A DNA stretch of 64,000 bases from Pelomyxa schiedti (Eukaryota > Protista > Evosea). The stretch lies in NCBI GenBank assembly GCA_020536535.1, contig JAHLWZ010000825.1, positions 1 through 64,000 on the forward strand, in the 5' to 3' direction. This document shows, piece after piece, positions 24,976 through 36,737 of the stretch; position 1 is the first letter of the stretch; each line of letters starts with the position of its first letter. The position numbers and the translations under genes are program-made. Under the pieces are notes generated by a model. It was not told the DNA's origin and ran no database searches. It saw nothing but the letters and a program-made list of their open reading frames with translations.

Positions 24976-25103
24976 TTTGGTGGAGGTTTTTTTCTTGGTT
25001 TTGTTCGGCAAAAAAATCAAGTTGGTGGCAACTTCCATGATCTTTGGTTGTTTTTGTTTTCCTCTTTGTTTACAATTGTGTTGGTGGTTTTGTTGGGTTT
25101 AAC

Positions 25104-26516
25104 TTAGGGGTAGTCATTCTGGTCCTCAACCATGGTTTCGGTGTTGGAGCCAGTTAAATCATGCAAATAATTGCGCATTATGCCTTGTGCTGCGTGGAGG
25201 ATGGGTGTTGCTTCAATCTTGGTTCTGCCCTGTTGCACGAGAAGTGCATCGTGGAGCCGGTACTGTTGTTTGATATTCTGTATTGCAAAAGTTTTCTTCT
25301 CAGGTTGGCTGTTCAATGCCCCTATTCCAGTCCTGTGTTGCGCAGTTCCTGTTCTCCATCTACAGACGAGAGTGGCTACAAGGCTGTTGGGTGCAACGTC
25401 ACCTATCATAGGCACCGCGATGAGGCGCAGGTGGCTGGGGTTTTTTTCCACTGTGTCGAAAAGGAACGGGATGTCCCGTACAACGAGTGACACGCCGCCT
25501 TCATCGTAGCGGAGACAAGACGCTGGAAGTAGCTCTGTTGTTCCAACAGGTTCATAACGGAGCCTTATGGAAGAGTTTGCGGGTCGGATCTCACACCGAA
25601 CCTGCTGCAGATCTACCGTACGGTAGTGGGCAACAAGTTTTGCTGTCTCGGCAAGCATTAAATCCGGATTCATTTTTACTACCATCTTGATTTACTTTAA
25701 GGAGTAGCAATAAAGGAAATCGGAAAGATACATTGCTGTAGCCTGATAGGCCTGTTGTGATAGAGTGAAGTTTGATATCGCCATCTCTCCCAAAAGGAAT
25801 GCAGATACAACTAAAAGGGTACTCATTATAACGACTAATAAGCGCCGAGACTTGTGCTGCGTCTTCGTCTAGGCCACCGTCAGAAAGAGCTATGATAATG
25901 GAATTGTTGTGCCTATACTGAGTGTAAGTGTGCCACAACCTCTCGTGTTGGCTTACCCTGGAGCATTCCTAAGTTGCTCTACTGCCTCCTCAAGACCTGA
26001 TGTGAAGTTGGTCTTTCCGTCTGGATCAAAAGGAAGCTGGCTTATTTCCTCTTTGACATTTGCTACTTGTTCTTCCTGGAGTGCCATGAATCGATGCCGT
26101 TTAGACATGGATAATACACACCGTTTCCAAAAGGGTGCCCACAACATGAACTGTAGCAAAATCCCCGAAAGAAACTACACTCAGGTAATCTCCCACATGA
26201 AACAACCTTTGTGTGTTGACCATTGCCTGCAAGTACTGCTTCACCAAGGCAGCACGTGTCATTGCAGGGCTTTTTCCATGTTAAGACTGCAAGGTAAATA
26301 AAAAAAAAAGTACTTGTCCTCCAACTGGCTCCCCATACTGCCACTCATGTCAACGACAAAAACGAGGTTCAAGTTTTTCTCGCCCGGAAAATCGGTGGCG
26401 GATAAAAGTTCAAACACGGCACACTTTTTGGTGGGGTCCCACGGCGTGACATTGTTAATAATGCACAGGTTCGAGAAAGTGCTACGAATTATTAGCCCGT
26501 CCTGTATGCGGATCAT
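25104..26516 (-). CDS. von Willebrand factor A (vWA) domain protein
   Basis: Complete MIDAS: LVFVVDMSGSMG, GKTNFTSGL, IIALSDGG. Confidence 0.85.
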
Positions 26517-26637
26517 TCGCTGGTTGGTTATTTTTTTGTTCTTTTAGTTGCTGGTGTTCCTTTCCAACAAGAAAACCAACTTGAAAAGTTGCTGGCAGCA
26601 GTTCGTCTAAAAATAAGCCCTGTGCGTTTCAACGACG

Positions 26638-27942
26638 ATGAACGAACACGGGCTAAAGAGCGTTTTCTGCTTCCTTAGTGCCACACAAGACATTCTCTCG
26701 GCGAGTCGCGTTTCCCACCTCGTAAGCTTACACCACACTTGATAAAGTCACATCCACCCGGCGGCCTACTCTCGAAACTTCTCACTCGATCCCTCCCTCA
26801 CTTCCCACTACAGTGGCGACGTGTAGCAATTGAGTCTGGGGTGTTCCCTTACGTCCCTTGCTGCTTCCTCCCGGCCCCGTGGTGGTCATCTCGCCTTAAT
26901 TCTGTCATTTCCTCTGGAGAGCGCTGCGACTCTGACTGCGGCAGCGACAATGACAATGGCGCCAAGTCGGCCCACGTGTGCTGCTACTCCCTGGCGGGCC
27001 TGGATGACGACTCCAAGAGGGAATGGTATTTCGGAAGGCAGCACGCGGGGTTGACTGTGTTGCGGGGGCTTGGCTTGAATGAACTCATACCAGAGCAAAT
27101 GCGACCCTTCAGGTGTGTGTCTGTTGTTGAGTGGCTTGCGGCTTTGTTAGTTAGTCTCTGGAACTTAATTATTATTATGATATAAAGGTATGACTGGATA
27201 TCTGATTAAACAAAAAAAGAATTCTTTCTATTGGTCTTGCCAATGCTGGAAAGACAGTAGGCACACGCTTATTGAAGGTTGGAAAGGCGGTAATCATATT
27301 TAATTTAAAGTTTAGTTCCACAAAATTTTGCGGACAACCTATCCAACTTATGATCTTCTTGTTGAACCACTCACCTGGAATTATGAAGGACATAATTTCA
27401 AACTCGAGATTTGGGGTATGTTTGAACTTGATTGCTGTATCAAACCTCTCACAAAAACAGAGATACCAGGGTCTGATGGTGAATCAACTTGGCGTCACTA
27501 TGCATCGCAATGCCAAGGTATCATGTTCACTGTGGACAGTAGCGATTTCTCGAGGTATTAGTATTCATCTACCTTTGTGTCACTCCCCCAACGCACTCAA
27601 ACTACAGCCTCAAATCAGCCAAATGGGCCCTGCACGCAAATTTTGCTGAATCACCAAAAGTTCTCCCGCTGCTTGTCTTTGGTTCCTTCTTTTTTCCCTC
27701 AGCACTTTTACTCACTATGCACAGCCTCGAAACAGGACATTCCAGATTGCCTTACCACTCAAGAGATGGCAGTGGCCATGGGTATGCACGCAATTCGATG
27801 TTCTGCGTGGCGGGTGCAAGGTTATTCCAAAACGGTGGATACTTTGATGCTTCAGGACATGACTCCAGGTGTTTCTTGGCTTCTAAGGCAGATGATAGCC
27901 ACGCACCTAAATCCTGAATGGGGCAGTGTAAACAGAGTATAG
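26638..27942 (+). CDS. Divergent Arf/Arl-family GTPase with N-terminal extension
   Basis: ILSIGLANAGKT (G1), TTYPTY (G2-like), EIW|EIPGSDGESTWRHY (degenerate G3), FTVDSSD, ASKQD (G4), WRVQGYS. Confidence 0.75.
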
Positions 27943-28034
27943 AGAACGGATTCTTTGTTACCAAAAAGAAATTGAAATACAAGGGACAAGAAGGGAAACA
28001 GGTTTTATTCTTTTACCGTATAACAAATAATCAA

Positions 28035-28551
28035 TTAATAGCCATGAACAACTATGTTTTCAGGCTCGGCAATTCCCTCTGAAGTAAGAAAATCAAGGAC
28101 GCTTTGCCTGTGGTCGCCTTGTAATTGTATCATGATACCAGAGTGACCACTCTCGATAAGAGAACCACTACACGAGAACCTCTTTTTTACAAGTTAGGAC
28201 ACCACTTTTCTTGTTATAATTATGTAACATTCACTAGTGAATCAGGGAAAAGGGAACAGACAAACCTTCCTGAATTCCTTCAATATTTTTGCATGGTCAA
28301 ACTCGACCGGCAAACCAGTCAGTGTAGTAAGTGACTTTCTGGTGTTCCTCTGGCGCACCCAGATATCTGGCAACATATTAGGAAAAACCCAAACCTAAAA
28401 TGCGACTTACGCAGTTTGCCACCTCCACCAGCGAATTCTATGTCGACATCATTGAATGGGTCTGTTGGAATTGAGACGGAGGGAATGATCCAATTGTAAG
28501 TGGACCTTTTTGTTTCAGGTTTTCTATCTCTACTGAGCCATGGTTGCTCAG
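28035..28551 (-). CDS. SUI1: Translation initiation factor eIF1 (SUI1); start codon anomalous
   Basis: Spliced product VEIENLKQK|DPFNDVDIEFAGGGGKL|HIWVRQRNTRKSLTTLTGLPVEFDHAKILKEFRK|RFSCSG..IQLQGDHR..ENIVVHGY* matches eIF1 over its whole length. Confidence 0.92.
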
Positions 28552-28826
28552 TTTTGGTTTAGTATTTATTGGCTTAGGCACTTGTTGAGGCTTTCTGTTG
28601 TGGTTGTCGATTTTTTTTTCTTTTTTGTTTGTGCTTGTTGTGTCTGGTGAGCCTTTTAAACGGTGATTTTCCGATCCGATAAAGGATTCACAATACTTGT
28701 ACAATCCCCCCAACGAGGATTTGGTGGAGTGACCTGCCCCTCTAAAGGGGCAGTGGGTCAGCAGAAGCTCATTCCAACGAGGGTTAGCAGAAAGGTCCTC
28801 AAAGGTTTTTCTTGACAACACACGGA
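28552..28826. promoter_or_regulatory. Putative bidirectional promoter between eIF1 and AP-5 beta
   Basis: Head-to-head genes about 275 bp apart, with a T-rich (A-rich on -) tract next to eIF1. Confidence 0.5.
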
Positions 28827-31800
28827 ATGAGCACGGAGGTGTGGTACAAAGCCATCCACGGCTACCGAGTCAGCCCCCCCGCAGACGGCTCCCTGCCCTT
28901 CGACGAGGACGCCCTCGTGGATGTCGCCTTCTCCTCCATCTCCCCCTACACCCCTTCCTCGTCCTCTTCGTCGTCCTCCTCCACTACCACCACCACCCTC
29001 TCGATGAGTGCTGTGGTACTCCCTCCTGCGTCCGTAGCAGCTGGGCCGCTCGCCGCCAGCGCCGCCAGCGCCGCCGCGGCCAACTTGGGGGCTTCGTACT
29101 CAGCCTCGTCGTCGTCGTCGTCGGGTGGCGGCGGGGCCGCGAGGGGGGCCGCGGGACCGGTCCTGGGAGCGGGCGACGCGCTTTGTGTGGACGATCTGCT
29201 CAGGCTCAATCTCCTGGCTTTCATACAGGAGAACGTGGGGGTGGTGCTTGGGACTGAGCCCCAGAAAAGGCTGAGAAGGGCCTTTGAGGCTGTTTTTGCT
29301 GCTGTCAAGGCGACTGTGGAGCCGTCTGTATCTCCATCTCTTATTCAAGTTCGTTCGCAGGTTTGGTCACTTCTCTTTTTTTTTTTTTTTTTTGTAATTT
29401 TCTTTTGTTTTTCTATCCATGGATCTAAGTGGTATTCCAAGGCGATGATGACATTCACTGCGATACTTGTTGACCAAGATTCGATTAATACTCAAACTCA
29501 CACCTTTGAGGCTTTTGTTGAGCTGCTTGTTGGTCTTGTGTCTAAGGTTAATGGCAGCCCAGATAGGGAATTGAGAGCAACGGTATGCTCATCTGGCCTG
29601 TGGGCCTTCTGCAAGAGGTCATTCAAAAATAGGGGTGCCAATGCCTACGGGAGTTGGAACTTATGTACCCTGGTTTGTTGTGCAAACTTCTGGGAAGATT
29701 CATGGATTGTGTGACACGGGAGGTGACCCACGTTCACCAAAATTATGCGCAGTTGTTTTTAACTGTGCTGGAGCACTCCTTGGCAAAGGTTGGTGGAGGT
29801 TGGTTCGTTGGAAAAACTGAGTATCTCCTTATTTTTTTTTTTGTGTCTTGGTGCAGAGTGACTTTGGGGGATTAGTGGATGCACCTACATTGGCCCCCTT
29901 CTCTGTCTCTAACTCTCTTTGGCAATGTACCGAAACTGCAGCCAAGACATCACTCACACCCCAGAGCATTGTAAGTTGTGGCATTATCTTCAGCTTACAT
30001 TCACAAAATACTAGGCTTCCCTTCAACAAAATATTGCCAAAGTATTTAGCCAAGTTGGCTCCCTTAGTGAGTACAACCTTTTGGAGCTAATGGATCATGT
30101 ACATGTCCTGATGCAATATTCCCACAGTGAAGTTGCCACTGCTTCTTTTCTTCAACAACTTCTCCAATCAATGTTATCCGTGTTTTTCCCTCCAATAGTG
30201 CATGCCATATTACTCTTCACACAACAAGTGAGATCTGTCTCTTTCCCATTCTTCCTGGGTAATGAGATCTCTAGTTTACCAAGCTATTCTCTGATGATGA
30301 CAGGACGAATGTCTTTATCCAGGTCCTGCAACTTATCAATGACGTGAATATGTATACTTCTTTCTTTACTCAAGTCTTTTTCGTCACTGCACCACCTTGG
30401 GCAAATTGCCGACCTCTTTAACTTGATTTAGACCACTGGAATATCGCCTCTTGGCAATGAAGTGGATTTCTAGACATCTTTCTGAGTTCTCCATTTCAAG
30501 AAACATAAAACCCTCCGCAGTTTTGATGCTTTTTCCAGCAGTTTTTGATCATATCCACTTAAAGGAGGCAAAATTGTAATTAACATTGTTCTCAAGTTAT
30601 AAATTGATAACATTTTAGATTAGCAATGAGCATGTGCCGATCTGAAGTACTCAACAGCCGAACACTTGTTGATTCAGTCGTATGTCTGAGTGAATTTGAA
30701 TCGTGTCCTCTGCCATCAAAACCTGGAAGCATTTTATTTTCAACACTTGCAATGTGGGTTGCTGTGGTACCAGACAGTATGCAAGTAGTGTACAGGTGAG
30801 TTGGTTAGCTGATATACCGTACTCAACATATTAGGTATTTATCAGACCTTATAACAGTCTCCCCACAGTTCACTGATAATATAATCAACCTTATCCACAA
30901 TTTGCCTACGGATCAAGCAAAGTGCCTCAGGCAGCTATTTGCACAATCACTCCCAGTATCCCTCTCCAGACACCAGGAGCAAGAAATAACATTCTTGTCA
31001 TTACCATTTTTCATGGAGCTTGTGTTTGATATTGTGTCAGACAAAAATGTTGACATACCCTGTGTAATTGTAAGTACCCTTTTTATGCTTTCCTGTCTAT
31101 CGTAACCTCTCCTCAGAAAGTGGTCAAAGCTTTGCATGAGATGCTGAGACACACCAACATACTACTTACGGGGGACCTGAAAGTTCTACATTCCCTCCTT
31201 GCCATATGCAAGGAAATAATAGATAAACATTATGACGCGAGTCAACCAGTGTGGTCCCCACTGCACGTCCTACTGGAATTCATCTTGAGATATTCCTCAA
31301 ATGCAGGTTGTTCTTTCGTCATCTTTTTTTGTTTCTCATTTCTTCAGAGATTCGTGACAAAGCTTCAAGAAATCTAAAAGTCATACAGCTATTTCAGCCT
31401 TCAAGTATCTCGTTTTTACTTGGTGAACCTTCTAGAAAAATTATTGAGGCACGTAAAGGTTTCTCTCAACATGTTCCTTTCCACCCCTTCCTGAGATCCT
31501 ACACAGCAAGTGTATTTCCAAAACCAGCCAAGCCTGTTTTAACATTTCCACAACCCATTTCCTTTCTTGAGTTGATGAGATTTTCCATTCTTCCTGCCCT
31601 GAAATACCCTCCTATTGTCTGTGAATATCCCGACATGAGTGATGGGGCTGAAAACAATACCGACACCACCCAATTTTCTCTTGTTGCAAAGCACCGCGCA
31701 CTTCTCTCGCAAGTCACCAGCTACATCCGACTACCTTGCAGACTTACATTCAATCACGAACTTTTTTGCAAAGAGCTACCAGGTTTCTGGCAACCCTAAC

Positions 31801-32321
31801 TCTGTAAGCATTTACGTGAGTAGAGCAATCCAAAGAAAAATTATATGGCATAGTACTGTCTTTTACAGACACATCCAGTATGTCTGCCTCTGTACCAAAT
31901 GTACGCATACCAGTGATGTCAGCTTCACAAAGTTAGTGCTCCCGTTTGCTTATTCCATTTACCAATCAGTAAGTATTTCTTTGTAGAATCTGTTCCTGTA
32001 TCACTTGACCGGATTATTGCCAAGTCACCATTCCCCATTCATCTTTCTGTATCTGCCACTTTCACAGTTTCTACAGTAAGTCTTTACTTTTTTACTTTTC
32101 TCCCCTCTCTAAATTTTCCCTTAGGACCTGTCAGTGTCGGGCACTCTAAAAGAGCCACTGACCATTTTGTTTGATGACCTTCTCATCCCTGTCTCCTTTA
32201 AGTGTTCTCCAATGACCAAACAGCTGGTACTGACTTCGAAACGCTTTCATGTACTGATTTCTTGCAGTTATGGGATGGGTTGTGGAAAGATTTAGGGAAG
32301 GAAACTGGACTGAATGGGTAG
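28827..32321 (+). CDS. AP5B1: AP-5 adaptor complex subunit beta-like
   Basis: EAFVELLVGLVSKVNGSPDRELRAT..LELMYPGLL..VTREVTHVHQNYAQLF matches the AP5B1 N-terminal pattern (NHGPDRQTRA..CECLRELE..P.LL..ERTH..QSY). 3' end approximate. Confidence 0.75.
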
Positions 32322-32731
32322 GCAATCAACCCTCCCCCTTGTTTAGTTTGAATTAACATTCAAACAGGCCATTCCAGACGTTTAAGTTCCTTCGTGTTAA
32401 GGCTCAAGCTGTAAATGAGGTGCTCTCTTCCAAGTTACTCTCATTTGTCTACAATAGGGCCAAAAAAGGTAGGCACATCGTCCGTCTTCATGAGCAAAAA
32501 CAAAACAACAAAAAGATGGCTTGGAGGAAGTAGATATTTTCATATTACTGCCACCAGCAGTCACTTTGCTGATGCAATTCAACATAACACCAGAAGCAAG
32601 TAGGGTGAACATTAGGTGCGATACGAACAAAGTTGCATTGTTCCTTGACAAAATGTTGGCCTCCCTATTTGGCTTGTAATTTCCCTAGTAAAAATCAACA
32701 GAATTGTTTACAATTCCTTCCTTGCTCAATC

Positions 32732-35129
32732 TCATTTCTTGAGGTAGTTCCAAGGCCAAAATCCGCCAGGGCATTGGTTTGGGTCGCCATAGTCATACCC
32801 AGCAAGTATGAAACCAGCACCAATACTGAGAAAATAAATCAGCTTTGAGAGGAAAAGGAACATAGACTTACGGGAAGCTTCCAAAGGCAACAACCGCGGA
32901 ACTGAACATGTAAAAGATAATGTGCCGCTTTAGAGTGACAGTAAGGGTGGGTGGTTTCTTGCAAAGATAAATCAATCGGAAACGGTCCACAAGCAACCTG
33001 AGGTGTATTAGGACAAAAAAATAGGAAAAAGTGCATACTCGACAATATTCACAAACAGGTACAGTGCGGCAATGGAGGGAAAAAAAGGTATGCCGAGGTA
33101 AAGAACAAACTGCCTGTATAATATTTCCAAGTATTCTTCGGCGATGTCGAATTCTGGCTTTTTAACCACTTTGAGTTGAGAGTTGGGGCTTGGGATACCC
33201 ACTCGGTTCTTCCGTTTCTCCGATTTCAGTTGTTTGTGGCTGACTTTGTTCCCACAGCACTTGATGCAGTTGTAGCATCTTTTTACCCATGGTATCACGA
33301 CTGGAAGGAACACTTCTAGAAAGTTCTCCACCTTTGTGAAAGAGGGTTAAATGCTCCAGTAAAGGGTTATGGACGTAGTGTACAATGAGATCGACAAAAA
33401 CGAGTGTGAGGAATTGGTCCCCCATGTAAACCAACCCGCAGGCATTCTCCACTTCAGCAGTGTAGGATTCGGATGCACTCCCTTCCCACGGAAAGTCGGG
33501 AATGTCCCAACTATAAGAAAATTGCGATGCAAATTGTTCCATGACCAGCCATCGTGAGATGTAAACAACTACAAGGTTTAGAACCTGGAAAGAGGTCACA
33601 GGTGAGGCAAAACCATCACGTTACTTTAAAAGAGAACCACTTGAAGAGTAAGTGGGACTTATATGCTGACCACGTTGAATGACGCTCAAATATGTTTAGA
33701 AGTACAGCAATTTGCGTCCAGATGAGCCTAACGGCAGTTATAACCAAGGAAATGCCCATGGAAGCTCTAGGTGATAGTGAGGATAGAGTAAAAAAAAAAA
33801 AAAACTCACAGTGTTGATGACATTACGTTCTTTTCAATGATAGTTAATCCAAAGGTGCACCCACAAGATATTCCCAGCATTGAAATAAATACAATAATTG
33901 AGAATGAAAATCTAAAAGCTCGATTGTATTTGCTGACATGGGAGTTTTGCTGTGGGATAAGGTGAGTGAGCTGTGTTTCTGTTCAAATGGTTACAGGAAT
34001 TATTTCTTCAACGAAGTTGTGCTCATCAAATTCAACAACGTTCCTTGTTGAGAGGAAGTGTTGCATAAAGCGGAAGTAGCCCCAACTGAGCCGTTTCAGT
34101 TGAAAGAAGGTTTTCTGTCACTAAGGAGTTGGACGCACCCGTAAAAGAACCAAGATAAGCCAATAAGAAGAGTAGAAGCAAACCTAAAAGGAATCCAAAA
34201 CTTACCATATTAATATTGGAAAGTGGTTTACCAGAAGTAAAAAGTATCTTCTGTATAAGAGGAAAGATAGAAGAGTTTTCTCTTATTGTAAATCTCCCCA
34301 AAGTTAAATAGTGAAGAAATTGCCCAGTCAGAGGAATCCACGTCAATTAAGAAGTGAGGTATGACATTAGGTAGTACTGTTTTGTCAGTTAGTCAATTTC
34401 TTTCTAGGAGTGTCAACCTGCCAGAACAGTCAGACAGTTTCCCAAAATAATAAAGAGCAGAAATCTGAAGTAAAGTTCCACTCCAATGCCAAAGCTGGAA
34501 ATAGTCACCAAAAATAATCAACATGGAGGGTGTGGCAACCCTTGTATCTTACTATTTTCCAAGTGATTTTTTCGAGGCACAGAATTTTGGCCTATGCTTG
34601 TCACCTTTAAATCCGGAGCCATAGTCCTTGTGCCCTTCATCTTCATCAATTGGTGTTCCGAACTCGTCCACCCTGCACAATGTCTCAGGACCCCCAAAGA
34701 GAGTAATAGGGTAGAAACCTCTGGAGGTACTGACAACCAGAACGAGAGGCCTTGAGCACATATCCAACAGGAACACCCACTACTCTTATTTTTCTTACTT
34801 ACCCCAACAAACAAAAAAAAAAAAAAACATACTTTGCATGCTTGAGAGGTGTTCCTACACCCACAAATGATTCTGGTTCTCAGTAAAAAAAAACAAAACA
34901 TGAAAACGTAAGAAGAGCAGTGAGACGGAACCAAGCAGTAAGTTGATCCTCTGTGGACGTGCAGTGCCATCGGCCTCCTCGTACAAGTTGTCACTGGCGT
35001 TTTCGCCGACCTCCAACAACGACCGTTCCTCCTTATCGGCCAGTTCCACTAATTTGACGATTCTAACACGATACGAAATTGGCAAAGATCGTAATCTCCA
35101 GCACCAGATACTGGTGCATCCCTGAGCAT
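32732..35129 (-). CDS. Transmembrane channel-like (TMC) family protein; start approximate
   Basis: CGLVYMGDQFLTLVFVD (cf. CWETYVGQEMYKL..D) and KPEFDIAEEYLEILYRQFVLYLGIPFFP (TMC domain). Confidence 0.75.
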
Positions 35130-35243
35130 GGTAAACAAGCTCTCTTTCTCTCGGTCAAGCCTCACTCATCGCGATAGACCCTCAGCAATCGTTTTCAGAA
35201 CCCCAGCCTTCTCGTAATACAAGCTCGGTGAAACTCGCTTGAC

Positions 35244-35963
35244 ATGGCAGACTCAGGACGCAGTGACAGCAGTGAACACAACCAACACCACCACCATCAT
35301 CACCACCATCACCGCAAGCACGAATCCAGCGCCCAGCAACACGACGATGTCCCGTCCAAGTCGCCCCCAGCCCAAGCCACTCCCACAGCAACTCCATCGA
35401 TCTCCCCAGATCGCGACACATCGCCGTCGCCGTCGTCCTCGTCATCGTCCCACGACGCCCACAGCCACAGCCACAGCCACAGCCACAGCCACAGCCACAG
35501 CCACAGCCACAAGCACCACCATAAGGGGGACGACGACAGCTCCGCAGATGACAGGGACAACGCCGACGACAAGAAAGCCAGCAAAAAGAAAAGCAAGCAG
35601 AAGCACAAGCAGGAGCAGAAGCAGTATGTGAAGAGCGTGAGCGCCCGCGGGGGGTCCGACGAACTGGGTGGCGGAATCGAGATGGACACATTCAGGAAGC
35701 GCACGACCGTGTCGGTCGTCAGCCACCCGCCGGGGTCTTCTGCCTCGCCCGAGCCGGCCAAGATGGTCCCGCTGGGGGCGGCTTCTCCTGGAGTGGATAG
35801 AATGAAAGCCGGGGGAGGAGCCACGGGGGGGAAGGCCGAGAGTCTCGACCTGTCTTTCTTCCAGCCTGCAAAGTACTCTATGGTTGGGAGGTACTTGGTA
35901 ATAGCTGCTATTATTGCTGTGGCTGCTATGATGTGCTTGTCGAGGTTATCTTCACCTCTTTGG

Positions 35964-35999
<36 letters not shown>

Positions 36000-36669
36000 A
36001 ATTTTTTTTGTTGTAACGGGCCTTGTAGTTGGTTTCAAGCTGTGTTTGCTATTGGTTTGGCTAAGAATTGGTACGATATGAAGAACTACACTGAAACATA
36101 TTGTAGCCCAGCGGACGCAGACAGTATCATCCAGTATGAAAAGGGTTTCCCTCTTTTTCCCTTATCAAATATGAAGTTAGTATGCGCACATAACTCGTCA
36201 CTTACCCCTACTGGGCAGTGAGCCTATCAGTTCTCTATACTTTTTTTGCCCTGGCCGCTCTAATGTTCGTGCTGGTCACGGAGCCCGCATCCTGGTGGGG
36301 AACCAGGAATGAAAAAGGCCTCCCACCACGGTGGTATGCTTTCCTCTTTGAAAGAAAGGAATTCCGGCCCGTTCAACTATGGGTGCTGCGGTGCGGGTCC
36401 CTGCTGCTACTGTGTTCTGGGCTGGCATGCTTGATTGTTGGAATTTGGGGGACAAAAACCGGTATCAAACCAACAAACCAAACAAAAGCAAGCTAACTCA
36501 AACTCCTGCAGCTTGGCCATCATTCACCTGTCTCGAAGGGTATTTGAGTAGATGGGCCAAGGGCTCTGTGCCTGTTTTGTACCTGGCTGTGGTGCCCTCT
36601 GTTGGACACTTGCTGTACAGATGGTCTCTACAACGCTTTTATCAAATTCGTAATGCAATGGCCATTTAA
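35244..36669 (+). CDS. Membrane protein (about 4 TM) with His-rich and HS-repeat N-terminus
   Basis: ORF 35244 has H9 and (HS)8 tracts, then TM YLVIAAIIAVAAMMCL. Further hydrophobic exons at 36218-36496 and ending 36669. Confidence 0.65.
35460..35510 (+). repeat. (CACAGC)8 hexamer microsatellite encoding His-Ser repeats
   Basis: Counted directly. Confidence 0.9.
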
Positions 36670-36737
36670 AATATCTGTACATTCCCATGGTGGAGAAAAT
36701 CACAAAGAACAAGGATACTTTTTTCTTTGTTTTTTGT

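Noticed and set aside
28438-28821. 127-aa ORF treated as an independent gene
   Set aside because: It has a TTG start, crosses the A-rich leader region, and only its last part (SVEIENLKQK) is meaningful, as eIF1 exon 1.
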